This document shows, piece by piece, positions 30,313 to 38,438 of a stretch of DNA of 64,000 nucleotides; the stretch's first letter is position 1, and the number at the start of each line of letters is the position of its first letter. The position numbers were made by a program, and so were the translations under genes. The DNA is taken from positions 192,001 to 256,000 of the forward strand of contig JBOEGD010000001.1 in assembly GCA_050633245.1 (NCBI GenBank). Reading direction: 5' to 3'. This DNA is from Calditrichia bacterium. Its GTDB lineage: Bacteria > Calditrichota > Calditrichia > RBG-13-44-9 > J075. A model generated the notes under the pieces. That model saw only the letters and a list, made by a program, of their open reading frames with translations. It ran no database searches and was not told where the DNA came from.

Positions 30313-31613
30313 GAATATTATTAATTGGATTATTACTGTGTAGCATAGGTTTTGCACAGGATATGGAAACCATACACGGTGGAAAAGGCGATTATACCTA
30401 TCGCAATAGCCAGTGGTTTGATGTTGGGAAAACCGGTGAGATTAAAGTCGAACGCGTCAATGCAGATGTCAAAATTATCGGCTGGGATCAATCGCGCGTC
30501 GAGGTTATCGAAACGGCCAAAATGGATGTGTATACCAAAGAGGAGGCGAACGAAATTATCGATCGTTTTGAGACATCCTTCAGCCAAACCGGCAGCCGAA
30601 TTACCATTCGCGGGAATAATCATGGCCATTGGGAGAAGAAGTTCTTTGAGATCAATGTGCCTCGTAAATTCCTTACCAATGTGCGGATAAACCAAGGTTC
30701 TATTTATGTAGAAGGCATGAATGAAACGGTCGACCTGCGTTCTTCCAGTGGAAACATTGCGGTAAAAGATATTGACGGCAATGTAAAAATGCGCACCTCT
30801 GGTGGAGAGCTGGAAGCATTTGGCGTTAGTGGAACCTGTTTTGGAAAAACCTCCGGCGGAAACATTACCTATGAAGATCTTGGAATGGAATCTGAGGCGC
30901 GAACGTCAGGTGGAAATATTCGCGTAACCAATGCTAAGAAAACGCTGCTGCTTAAAACGTCTGGTGGCGAAATAGGTGTTAAAAACGCCGGTGGCGATAT
31001 TGATGCACATACAAATGGCGGGGCAATCGGTGTTCGTGATTGTAAGGGAGACGTGAACTTACGAACCAACGGTGGTAATATCTTTCTGAAAGACATTGTT
31101 GGCAAGATGCTTGGCGATACCAATGGTGGCGATATTATCGGTGAAAACCTTGAAGGCAGCTTGAATGTCGAGACGAATGGTGGTGATATTGAGCTGGACG
31201 ATATCCGCGGTGGAGTTCGCGCCACAACTCATGCCGGTGATATTGAGTTAACTATTACCAGCACAGATTTTAGTAAAGATCATACCAGCCATTTAAAAAC
31301 GCACCATGGGGATATACACGTCACGCTGCCGTCGAAAATGCCGTTAACAATTTCGGCCCAAATCACCCAAAAGAGCCGTTGGGATCGCTATGAGATCTAC
31401 ACCGATTTTCCGATGACCATGCAGCCGACAGGCACGAATCGCACCACGCGTAGTAGCGGCACAATCAATGGTGGGGGAGACACAATGGTGTTGGAAACAT
31501 CGGCGGGAAATATCTACATCGGGGATGGGTCGGGCACAAAAAACAGAAAACGTCAACGCATGCGTTCAGAAGGCAAAAACTGGCATGATGATGAAGAAGA
31601 CTGCGATTGTTAA
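30309..31613 (+). CDS. DUF4097-like beta-strand repeat secreted protein
   Basis: Signal peptide; many T-[SN]-G-G-x-I repeats; INGGG...LETSAGNI end. Confidence 0.8.
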   Translation: MRILLIGLLLCSIGFAQDMETIHGGKGDYTYRNSQWFDVGKTGEIKVERVNADVKIIGWDQSRVEVIETAKMDVYTKEEANEIIDRFETSFSQTGSRITIRGNNHGHWEKKFFEINVPRKFLTNVRINQGSIYVEGMNETVDLRSSSGNIAVKDIDGNVKMRTSGGELEAFGVSGTCFGKTSGGNITYEDLGMESEARTSGGNIRVTNAKKTLLLKTSGGEIGVKNAGGDIDAHTNGGAIGVRDCKGDVNLRTNGGNIFLKDIVGKMLGDTNGGDIIGENLEGSLNVETNGGDIELDDIRGGVRATTHAGDIELTITSTDFSKDHTSHLKTHHGDIHVTLPSKMPLTISAQITQKSRWDRYEIYTDFPMTMQPTGTNRTTRSSGTINGGGDTMVLETSAGNIYIGDGSGTKNRKRQRMRSEGKNWHDDEEDCDC

Positions 31614-31691
31614 GTTCACAACGCGTCTAAATAATTTGAAACGTTTACCAGGAATAACCGTCAGTTATAGAAAGTGACCATAGGAGAAACC

Positions 31692-32681
31692 ATGAAAATG
31701 ATTACCAGATTACTCGTTGTATTTATGCTGTTTGCTTCAGCAAGCCTGTTGGCAGATACCGAGCTGTTAATGGAGAAAACCCTCAACACCGGCAAAAATG
31801 GACTGCTTTATGTAAAGAGCCTGAAAGGATCGATTCAGGTAGAAACGAGCAGCGCAAGTGAGGTTCGCGTGCGGATAGAATATCGCGATCGCGGTTGGGG
31901 CAGAGGAATGGAAAAAGATGAGATTATAGAAGAACTCGACCTGAGCATCGAGCAAGATGGTAAAAATGTCAATGTAACAACGCGTCGTGGTGGCAATGGT
32001 TGGAGCTGGGGAAATAAATGGAATAAGCTACAGCTTAAGTTTTTTATTGAGGTACCGCGTGATTATAATGTTGACCTAAATACAGCTGGTGGTAGTATTT
32101 CAGTTGGCGATCTTAAAGGAGAGGTTAAAGCTGAAACGTCCGGTGGCAGCTTGAGCTTTGGGAGCATCGATGGTCCGGTAAATGCTTCTACAGCCGGGGG
32201 CAGTATCAATCTTGATGGTTGCACCGGCGTGGTGCGGGTTCACACGGCCGGCGGCTCGATAAATATTGGTGATGTGAATGGCGATGTAGATGCCCGCACT
32301 GCCGGCGGTTCTATTTCTATTGATAAAGCAATGGGCAAAGTAAATGCGCAGACTTCCGGTGGAAGCATTAACGTAGAAGAAGTTAGAGGCGATATTAATG
32401 CTGAAACATCGGGTGGCTCTGTAACAGCACGTATCAGCAAACAGCCGGAAGGCGATTGCCGCCTGACGACTTCTGGTGGTAGCGTCACGGTATATTTAGC
32501 CGATGATCTAAAGATGGACCTGGATGCCAAGGCTGGCTGGGGAAAGGTTTATTCAGACTTTGATGTGCTCGTAAAAGGCGGCAAGGTTAGTAAATCTGCA
32601 TTACGTGGCCAGATTAATGGTGGTGGACCAGAGCTGTATTTACGAACGTCCAGCGGTAAAGTAAAGGTTTTGGAACTCTAG
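31692..32681 (+). CDS. DUF4097-like beta-strand repeat secreted protein
   Basis: AGGAG SD; signal peptide; T-[AS]-G-G-S-I repeats; GQINGGGPELYLRTSSG. Confidence 0.82.
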   Translation: MKMITRLLVVFMLFASASLLADTELLMEKTLNTGKNGLLYVKSLKGSIQVETSSASEVRVRIEYRDRGWGRGMEKDEIIEELDLSIEQDGKNVNVTTRRGGNGWSWGNKWNKLQLKFFIEVPRDYNVDLNTAGGSISVGDLKGEVKAETSGGSLSFGSIDGPVNASTAGGSINLDGCTGVVRVHTAGGSINIGDVNGDVDARTAGGSISIDKAMGKVNAQTSGGSINVEEVRGDINAETSGGSVTARISKQPEGDCRLTTSGGSVTVYLADDLKMDLDAKAGWGKVYSDFDVLVKGGKVSKSALRGQINGGGPELYLRTSSGKVKVLEL

Positions 32682-32691
32682 ATTTTAGGTT

Positions 32692-32890
32692 GAGATTGGA
32701 GCAGTTTTCAAAACTGCTCCAATCTCTTTAAACTGCTCCAATCTCTTTAAACTGCTCCAATCTCTTTAAACTGCTCCAATCTCTTTAAACTGCTCCAATC
32801 TCTTTAAACTGCTCCAGTCTTGTCGAAACTACTCCAGCTTTTTCAAACTGTTCCAGTCTTCTTCCAAAACTACTCCAAACTACTCCAGCC
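32692..32890. repeat. 19-bp tandem repeat preceded by an inverted copy (hairpin / possible terminator)
   Basis: Five perfect AAACTGCTCCAATCTCTTT copies at 32711-32805, degenerate copies to about 32890; 32692-32708 is the reverse complement of 32710-32726. Confidence 0.9.
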
Positions 32891-33167
32891 TCTTATTAAG
32901 GTTTGTTACCTTTTAAGTTAAACTTTGTATTTGCTTTGCTCGCGATGTTTAGTGCCGCAAATTTTTCTGGCACACTGGAGCATTGTTATAATGGAGCAGT
33001 CTTGGGATCTAAGAACGTTTGTACTTAATTAGAAAAAAAGACCCGAATTTTTATTTTTCGGGAAATTGCCTCAAATTTGATTTCATCTCCTTTCTGCTTT
33101 GCATCATCGAGCCTTGTTTTTTCAGCCCCTCCTGCTTACTATTTTCATATAAAATTTAGGAGCCCTA

Positions 33168-33689
33168 TTGGATTATACGTCGCTGAATATTCCGCGCGGA
33201 TTTACGCTAAACGTTTTGCAGGATGAGCAGTTTGAAGTTCGCCATAAAGGGGTACTGGGGCAGAGTAAATACGTCTTTCTCTTTTTGGGGCTTTGGCTGT
33301 TATTGTGGACCTTCGCCTGTGTGGCCTTGCTATTTGCGTATCTGGATGGGCAAACGATGGATGACGGGTCCGCCATGCCGCTGTGGTTTTTGTTAGCCTT
33401 CTGGATTCCGGAGTTTATTGTTCTTGGAGTGATGATCTTTATGATTCAGCGTAAATACTACTTTCGCTTCGACGAGGGCATGCTCTATGCTGAAAGCCGA
33501 CTGTTTCTGCTTGGAAATGATGTTGAACTGCGACGATCTGCTATTGGCAAGGTTACTTTAGAGTCTGGCAAAGTGATTGTGCAGGCGGATACCGTGCCAT
33601 ATGTTTTGTTCAAAAACAACTCCAGGAAAAAATGCCTTTGGCTGGGAGAGTTGATCGCAAAGTGGGCAAGGGTGGAAATTGATGAATGA
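33168..33689 (+). CDS. Hypothetical membrane protein (2 TM)
   Basis: AGGAG SD before TTG; two hydrophobic segments. Confidence 0.65.
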   Translation: MDYTSLNIPRGFTLNVLQDEQFEVRHKGVLGQSKYVFLFLGLWLLLWTFACVALLFAYLDGQTMDDGSAMPLWFLLAFWIPEFIVLGVMIFMIQRKYYFRFDEGMLYAESRLFLLGNDVELRRSAIGKVTLESGKVIVQADTVPYVLFKNNSRKKCLWLGELIAKWARVEIDE

Positions 33690-33767
33690 TGAGTCATGAT
33701 TGTCCATTGTCCATTGTCCATTTTTAATTGTCCATTGCCTTCTCGCTTCTCGCTGCTGCCTTCTGCC
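33677..33767 (-). repeat. Composite heptamer repeat element, copy B
   Basis: Minus strand after the dinB stop: GGCAGAA GGCAGCA (GCGAGAA)2, AATGGAC-type units, ACTCATC ATTCATC AATT. Confidence 0.7.
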
Positions 33768-35063
33768 TCATTTCGTAAGAGCCGGTGAATGTAGTACATA
33801 ACCATTCTTCTCCATGCGATAATGATTGCGCAGAGATAGCGTATGTGCTGGTAGAATCGCGGTAAACCCAAAGCGCTGACGGATGTCATCTATCATCGGG
33901 TGCAGCCGTTCCTGTGGACTCTCATCGCCCAGAGATAGCTGCTGCTGTCGCCAGTTAATATTGCCAACGCGCACGCCTACCATCCTAATGAGAAGCCTCC
34001 GCGTGGTAATGCGGTCAAACAACTCCTCTACCATTTGATAGAGCTCAAACGCATTGTCACAGCTTCCGGGGAGCTTACTCGCTGCTTCATGTTGCGTAAA
34101 GTCTGAATAGCGTAGACGAATCTTTATATGTTTACACGATTGCTTGTCTTCCCGCAGTCTTGCAGCAATACGCTCTGTGAGATAGCACAGCGTTGCGAGA
34201 ATAACATCTTTGTCAGTAAGATCTTCTTCGAATGTTGTTTCGCGACTCAGTTGCCGGCTTAACACACGTCGCTTTACTTCGCGCTTGTCAATTCCGTTGG
34301 CAAAGCGCCACATGGTAGTGCCATTGGCTCCGAAGAGTTGCGCCAGTGCAGTTTGCGGTAATTTCGCCAGTTGCCCAATCGTAAAAACTCCCAGCTCCTC
34401 CAGCTTTTTTGTCGTCTTACGACCAATCCCCGGTAAGCAATTTACAGCCAATGGGTGAAAGCGTTCTTGTTCTTCTTCCGGGGGGATGTAGGTAATACCA
34501 TTGGGCTTATTCATTGAAGAGGCCATGCGTGCTGTCAGTTTATCTTTGCCAATACCAATAGATACGCTAATGCCGATTGCCTGCCACACATCCTCTTTTA
34601 TTTGTTTCGCCAGTGCTTCCGGGTCGGGATAGAGATGCTGCATTCCCCGAAAGTCCAGATAGGCATCATCCAGTGAAGTAAATTCTACCAGCGGCGTATG
34701 GCGCAGATAAATATCCTGCATCTGTAGCGATGCTGCGCGATATTGCTGATAGTTTCCTTTCAAAAATATCCCGTGTTTGCAAAGCTCTTTTGCTTTTGTT
34801 AGCGGCATTCCGGCAGTAACACCAAAGGCCCGGGCCTCATAGCTGGCGGTATGCACGACCCCACGCTGACTCGCTTCACCACCTATAATCACTGCCTTAC
34901 CGCGAAGCAGTGGATTAAACCCTTGTTCTACAGAAGCAAAAAAGGCATCGGCATCGATGTGGAGAACAATTGATGATTGATGATTGATGATTGATGATTG
35001 ATGATTGATGATTGATGATTGATGATTTAAAAGACGGGGATTGAAAAATTGTTCAAAATTCAT
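33768..35063 (-). CDS. dinB: Y-family DNA polymerase IV
   Basis: LHIDADAFFASVEQ, ASYEARAFGV, SLDDAYLD, KPNG, LPGIG; clamp motif QLSL; N-terminal NHQSSII repeats. Confidence 0.92.
   Translation of the reverse strand: MNFEQFFNPRLLNHQSSIINHQSSIINHQSSIVLHIDADAFFASVEQGFNPLLRGKAVIIGGEASQRGVVHTASYEARAFGVTAGMPLTKAKELCKHGIFLKGNYQQYRAASLQMQDIYLRHTPLVEFTSLDDAYLDFRGMQHLYPDPEALAKQIKEDVWQAIGISVSIGIGKDKLTARMASSMNKPNGITYIPPEEEQERFHPLAVNCLPGIGRKTTKKLEELGVFTIGQLAKLPQTALAQLFGANGTTMWRFANGIDKREVKRRVLSRQLSRETTFEEDLTDKDVILATLCYLTERIAARLREDKQSCKHIKIRLRYSDFTQHEAASKLPGSCDNAFELYQMVEELFDRITTRRLLIRMVGVRVGNINWRQQQLSLGDESPQERLHPMIDDIRQRFGFTAILPAHTLSLRNHYRMEKNGYVLHSPALTK
34969..35027. repeat. Perfect heptamer tandem repeat (ATTGATG)8 ATT inside the dinB 5' coding region
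   Basis: Read directly; translates on the minus strand as NHQSSII NHQSSII NHQSSI. Confidence 0.95.
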
Positions 35064-35112
35064 AAGGAAAACCCTAAGTAAGAATAAAGAAAAGAATCAA
35101 TACGAGGCAAAA

Positions 35113-35478
35113 ATGACTCGGCTTATTTTAACAAAACGTACCAAATTATTCGCATATGCTGTTGTAAGAGAGCTGGCAAAAATGCCCGGAAGCACATTAA
35201 GTAAACACATATACTATCAGCTTACTCGATCTGCGACATCTGTTGCTGCGAACTATCGTGCAGCATGTTTGGCACATTCAAAGTCTGCATTTGCTGCAAA
35301 ACTAAGTATCGTAATTGAAGAGGCCGATGAATCCGTCTTTTGGCTGGAATTTATTTATGATGAAGCGTTGCTAAAAAGAGACTTAATCATTCCCTTGATA
35401 AAAGAAGGACAGGAATTAACCGCAATCTTTGTTGCATCGCGTAAAACTATTCAGTTAAACCAAAAAAGAGGCAAGTAG
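35113..35478 (+). CDS. Four-helix-bundle protein (TIGR02436 / 23S rRNA IVP-like, Avd-like fold)
   Basis: KRTKLFA, QLTRSATSVAANYRAA, SKSAFAAKLSIVIEEADESVFWLE, EGQELTAIF; ATG at 35113 with GAGG SD. Confidence 0.88.
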   Translation: MTRLILTKRTKLFAYAVVRELAKMPGSTLSKHIYYQLTRSATSVAANYRAACLAHSKSAFAAKLSIVIEEADESVFWLEFIYDEALLKRDLIIPLIKEGQELTAIFVASRKTIQLNQKRGK

Positions 35479-35598
35479 AAATGGATCGCCTCTTTCATCT
35501 GAAATGCACATTCCTTTAGAAATGAACGTTGTTGCTGATCTATGTGGCACCTTCCCGAAGCGTCAGGACTTGGCGTAACAAGAAAAGACCAAGGTGTT

Positions 35599-35632
35599 TC
35601 ATTCATAACTCATCATTCATCATTCATCAATC
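35599..35632. repeat. Degenerate heptamer repeats, inverted relative to the dinB array
   Basis: TCATTCA TAACTCA TCATTCA TCATTCA TCAATC. Confidence 0.75.
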
Positions 35633-35878
35633 CAAAAAAACTCTCGCCAGTTGCCACGAATAGTCTGCGGAATCAAAAATGAGCTCAAAACAATCGGTGG
35701 TTTCCGATCGCACGGAAAAATGGATTTGGGTCGTCGAGCCGATTCTTTCTTGCCAACGGGAGTGAATATGCTTTACCGGATAAGCACGTCCATTCCACAA
35801 AAATCGCAACGGGATAATCTTACCGCGCTGAAAGTGGGTGATAACTTCGATGGTTTCAAAGACGTCTTCATAAGCCAT
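35627..35878 (-). CDS. Small protein of mutagenesis cassettes (DUF6504-like)
   Basis: AAGGGAG SD; PLRFLWNGRAYPVKHI...HFSV...FELIFD...WQL pattern; first gene after an SOS-like promoter. Confidence 0.7.
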   Translation of the reverse strand: MAYEDVFETIEVITHFQRGKIIPLRFLWNGRAYPVKHIHSRWQERIGSTTQIHFSVRSETTDCFELIFDSADYSWQLARVFLD

Positions 35879-35916
35879 GATGATTACTCCCTTAATCGCC
35901 AAAAAAATCCATTTAA

Positions 35917-35963
35917 GTGGTCAGGCGTTCACTAATGTAGCGTAAAAAATCAATTTTTGTCAA
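35917..35963 (-). promoter_or_regulatory. Sigma-70 promoter with SOS-box-like operator
   Basis: Minus strand TTGACA-N18-TACATT, then after 1 nt GTGAACGCCTGACCAC (35917-35932). Confidence 0.72.
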
Positions 35964-36195
35964 CACTAAAAGTGCCCCATTAACTTTTTTTTTAGTCACA
36001 GGAGCTTTACATTAGCGAGCAAATAACTTTTCCCTCAAAAAGGTGTTGTAAGCACGGATTTATAACAAACCTGGTTTGGGCAATACCTAAAGTCTCTAAT
36101 CTTTAGTTGATATGAGACGATTCTGTATAGAAGTAACTCAAAAACGCGGACCGGCATCATTCGATACGAATTCACCGGAAACAGAGGATCATATT

Positions 36196-37041
36196 ATGAC
36201 GCGCATTATCGCTGTGTCTAATCCCAAAGGGGGCGTGGGGAAGACAACCACCACGATCAATCTGGCCGCCAGCCTGGCTATTGCCGAGCAGCGAGTACTG
36301 ATTATCGATGCAGACCCTGCTGGTGCGGTAAGTAGCGGAATGGGCCTGGAACGCAAATCCATTCGCGCAGGACTTTTTGAGTTTTTCTCCGGTAGCATTA
36401 TGTTTAAAGAAACCATCCACAAGCTGCCTTTTATTGATATGGATATTGTTCCTGTAAATGTGTATGACAGTGAGCAGGAAACCCGACTTACCGATCTCTC
36501 CAAAAATCGCATTCGCCTAAAACGACAGCTAACCGGTATGAGTGAAGCCGGTCGTTTGCCTTATGATTATATATTAATCGACACTCCACCGGTGTTGAAC
36601 GACCTGACGATGGGGGCATTGATGGCTGCTCATTCGGTGTTAATTCCATTACAATGTGGTTATTTTGCACTGAACGCCATTGGTCGATTAATGCAGCTTA
36701 TTGAGCGCATTCGCAAAAGTGCGAATCCGGATTTGCAAGTAGAAGGAATTTTGCTGAACCTGTATGAGCGTGGCACTCGTGTTTCAATGCGAAGTTTATA
36801 TGAGGCAAAGATGAAATACAATTCGCACGTATTTCGTACGGTTATTCCGAAGAATGTTGCAATCGGACATGCGACCTATCAACAGAAGCCGGTTGCTTTA
36901 GTGGATATCACCTCACCCGGTGCACGTGCCTATATGAGTTTGGCAGATGAAATTTTGCGCAAGAACCGCCGCTCTGAAGAACCACTCAGACGCAACGCCG
37001 CAACTATTCGCACCGACTTCCTTACCAAAATAGATGCGTGA
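36196..37041 (+). CDS. parA: ParA/Soj family ATPase (no parB in window)
   Basis: Deviant Walker A KGGVGKTT, IDADP, IDTPP, VLIPLQC; GAGGA SD before the ATG at 36196. Confidence 0.85.
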   Translation: MTRIIAVSNPKGGVGKTTTTINLAASLAIAEQRVLIIDADPAGAVSSGMGLERKSIRAGLFEFFSGSIMFKETIHKLPFIDMDIVPVNVYDSEQETRLTDLSKNRIRLKRQLTGMSEAGRLPYDYILIDTPPVLNDLTMGALMAAHSVLIPLQCGYFALNAIGRLMQLIERIRKSANPDLQVEGILLNLYERGTRVSMRSLYEAKMKYNSHVFRTVIPKNVAIGHATYQQKPVALVDITSPGARAYMSLADEILRKNRRSEEPLRRNAATIRTDFLTKIDA

Positions 37042-37174
37042 TTGATGATTCGCATTCATAATTCATCAAACAGAACTCCACTGCCAAAGCTATTGAGCGA
37101 TGGCAGCAGAATGGAGTGGAACGCCTTTGGTTGGTAGGAGGAGGTAGCCTAAGTTCAGCGTTCCTTTACCCAGG

Positions 37175-37230
37175 GATTGATGATTGATGATTGATGAATG
37201 ATGATTGATCATCAATCATCATTCATCAAT
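37175..37230. repeat. Heptamer repeats forming a 41-bp near-perfect palindrome (possible bidirectional terminator)
   Basis: ATTGATGAATGATGATTGAT-C-ATCAATCATCATTCATCAAT at 37190-37230, between convergent genes. Confidence 0.8.
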
Positions 37231-37234
37231 TAGA

Positions 37235-38383
37235 TCATTTGAGTAGCATCATCTTCTTAGTTGCCTGATAACTTCCAGCCTGTAGACGATAGACATATAC
37301 ACCGGAACTCAGATTCTCAGCATCAAAGGTTAAGCTATGCTCGCCGCTTGCCAAATTTTGGCTTAGCAATGTAGTAATCTCCCGCCCACTCATGTCGTAT
37401 AGTGTAATCTGCACGGCTTCTGCACTTGGAATGCGGAAACGAATGGTTGTGGATGGATTGAACGGATTGGGATAGTTTTGATCCAGTTCATAGCCTTCAA
37501 CAATATTGTCGTTAGATTCCAGTGTAATGCCGGTGATGATGCCGGTGATATGCCGGATTGCCCGACTCTGGAAACCCGATGTGTATAGGCTGTTATCCGT
37601 CTTGTCGAAAAGGATGCCGTTGGGGAAGTTAAAGCGGGCATTTGCTGCAGGGCCATCCATTATTCCGGCAATGCCGCTTCCTGCCAAGATGCTCGTATTA
37701 CCATTTGCCGGATCGACCTGATAAATGCGGTGAACACCTATCCCCGTAGCATACAACATGCCTTCACCATATTCCAAAAAGCCTACTGCACCAGCATTGG
37801 TTCCCGGGATGTCTGCTATTTCTGTTAGCGTGGTGCCGTTGACCCGAAATATCTTGCCGTCATTATAATTCGCGATAAAAAGAACGTTGTTTTCATCCCA
37901 TGTCAGTCCAACAGGACCATTAAGCGGGGGGCCGCTGAGAAATGGCGTGTAGCTGCCATCAGGCGCCATCTTTACCACATTGTTTTGCGTGTATTGCGTT
38001 ACATAAAGCGTATCACTCAATGGATCCTCGATAACTCCACTGGGCGAGGTAATATTAGCACCAAATTGAATTTTGGTGCTATCCGGCATCACTTTGTAAA
38101 TGCGATTGCCAAGATTTGACAAGACAACCAAATTGCTGTCTGCGTCAAAGGCCAGACCATTGGGTGCATTAAATCCACCCATATATTCTGTGACGTCTCC
38201 AGATGTGGTAATTTTGTAAACATAGGTTCCGGAATAATTTGATCCGTAGATCGTGCCGTCTGCAGCCTGAATGATGTCATCATTGACGCCAATTCCCGGT
38301 CCGGCGAATGTTGATACGGTTTGTGCATTGAGTGACATTACCAGTGCCAGACTTAGCACGATTAACATTGTAAAAATCCTCAT
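37235..38383 (-). CDS. Secreted NHL/SMP-30-like beta-propeller protein with T9SS-type C-terminal domain
   Basis: Signal peptide; APNGLAFD, GPVGLTWD, DGPAANARFNFPNGI; LDQNYPNPFNPSTTI. Confidence 0.85.
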   Translation of the reverse strand: MRIFTMLIVLSLALVMSLNAQTVSTFAGPGIGVNDDIIQAADGTIYGSNYSGTYVYKITTSGDVTEYMGGFNAPNGLAFDADSNLVVLSNLGNRIYKVMPDSTKIQFGANITSPSGVIEDPLSDTLYVTQYTQNNVVKMAPDGSYTPFLSGPPLNGPVGLTWDENNVLFIANYNDGKIFRVNGTTLTEIADIPGTNAGAVGFLEYGEGMLYATGIGVHRIYQVDPANGNTSILAGSGIAGIMDGPAANARFNFPNGILFDKTDNSLYTSGFQSRAIRHITGIITGITLESNDNIVEGYELDQNYPNPFNPSTTIRFRIPSAEAVQITLYDMSGREITTLLSQNLASGEHSLTFDAENLSSGVYVYRLQAGSYQATKKMMLLK

Positions 38384-38438
38384 ACTTATTCTCCTTTTTG
38401 TCCAAATGATTGAATTGTTTTTCTTTGAAAAGCCTCAG

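Noticed and set aside
30309-32681. DNA-level repeat element in the TSGG/TAGG-rich genes
   Set aside because: Periodicity is at protein level with varied codons, as expected for DUF4097-like beta-strand repeats.
32711-32890. CRISPR array
   Set aside because: The 19-bp units are directly adjacent with no unique spacers, and there are no cas genes in the window.
33485-33889. 134-aa ORF containing GQLKMDNGQWTI (and 29233-29430, 22622-23035)
   Set aside because: These are translations across repeat arrays that overlap better-supported genes.
35113-35478. 23S rRNA intervening sequence
   Set aside because: No rRNA sequence flanks the gene.
36196-37041. Plasmid or prophage partition module
   Set aside because: No parB, rep, integrase or phage genes nearby.
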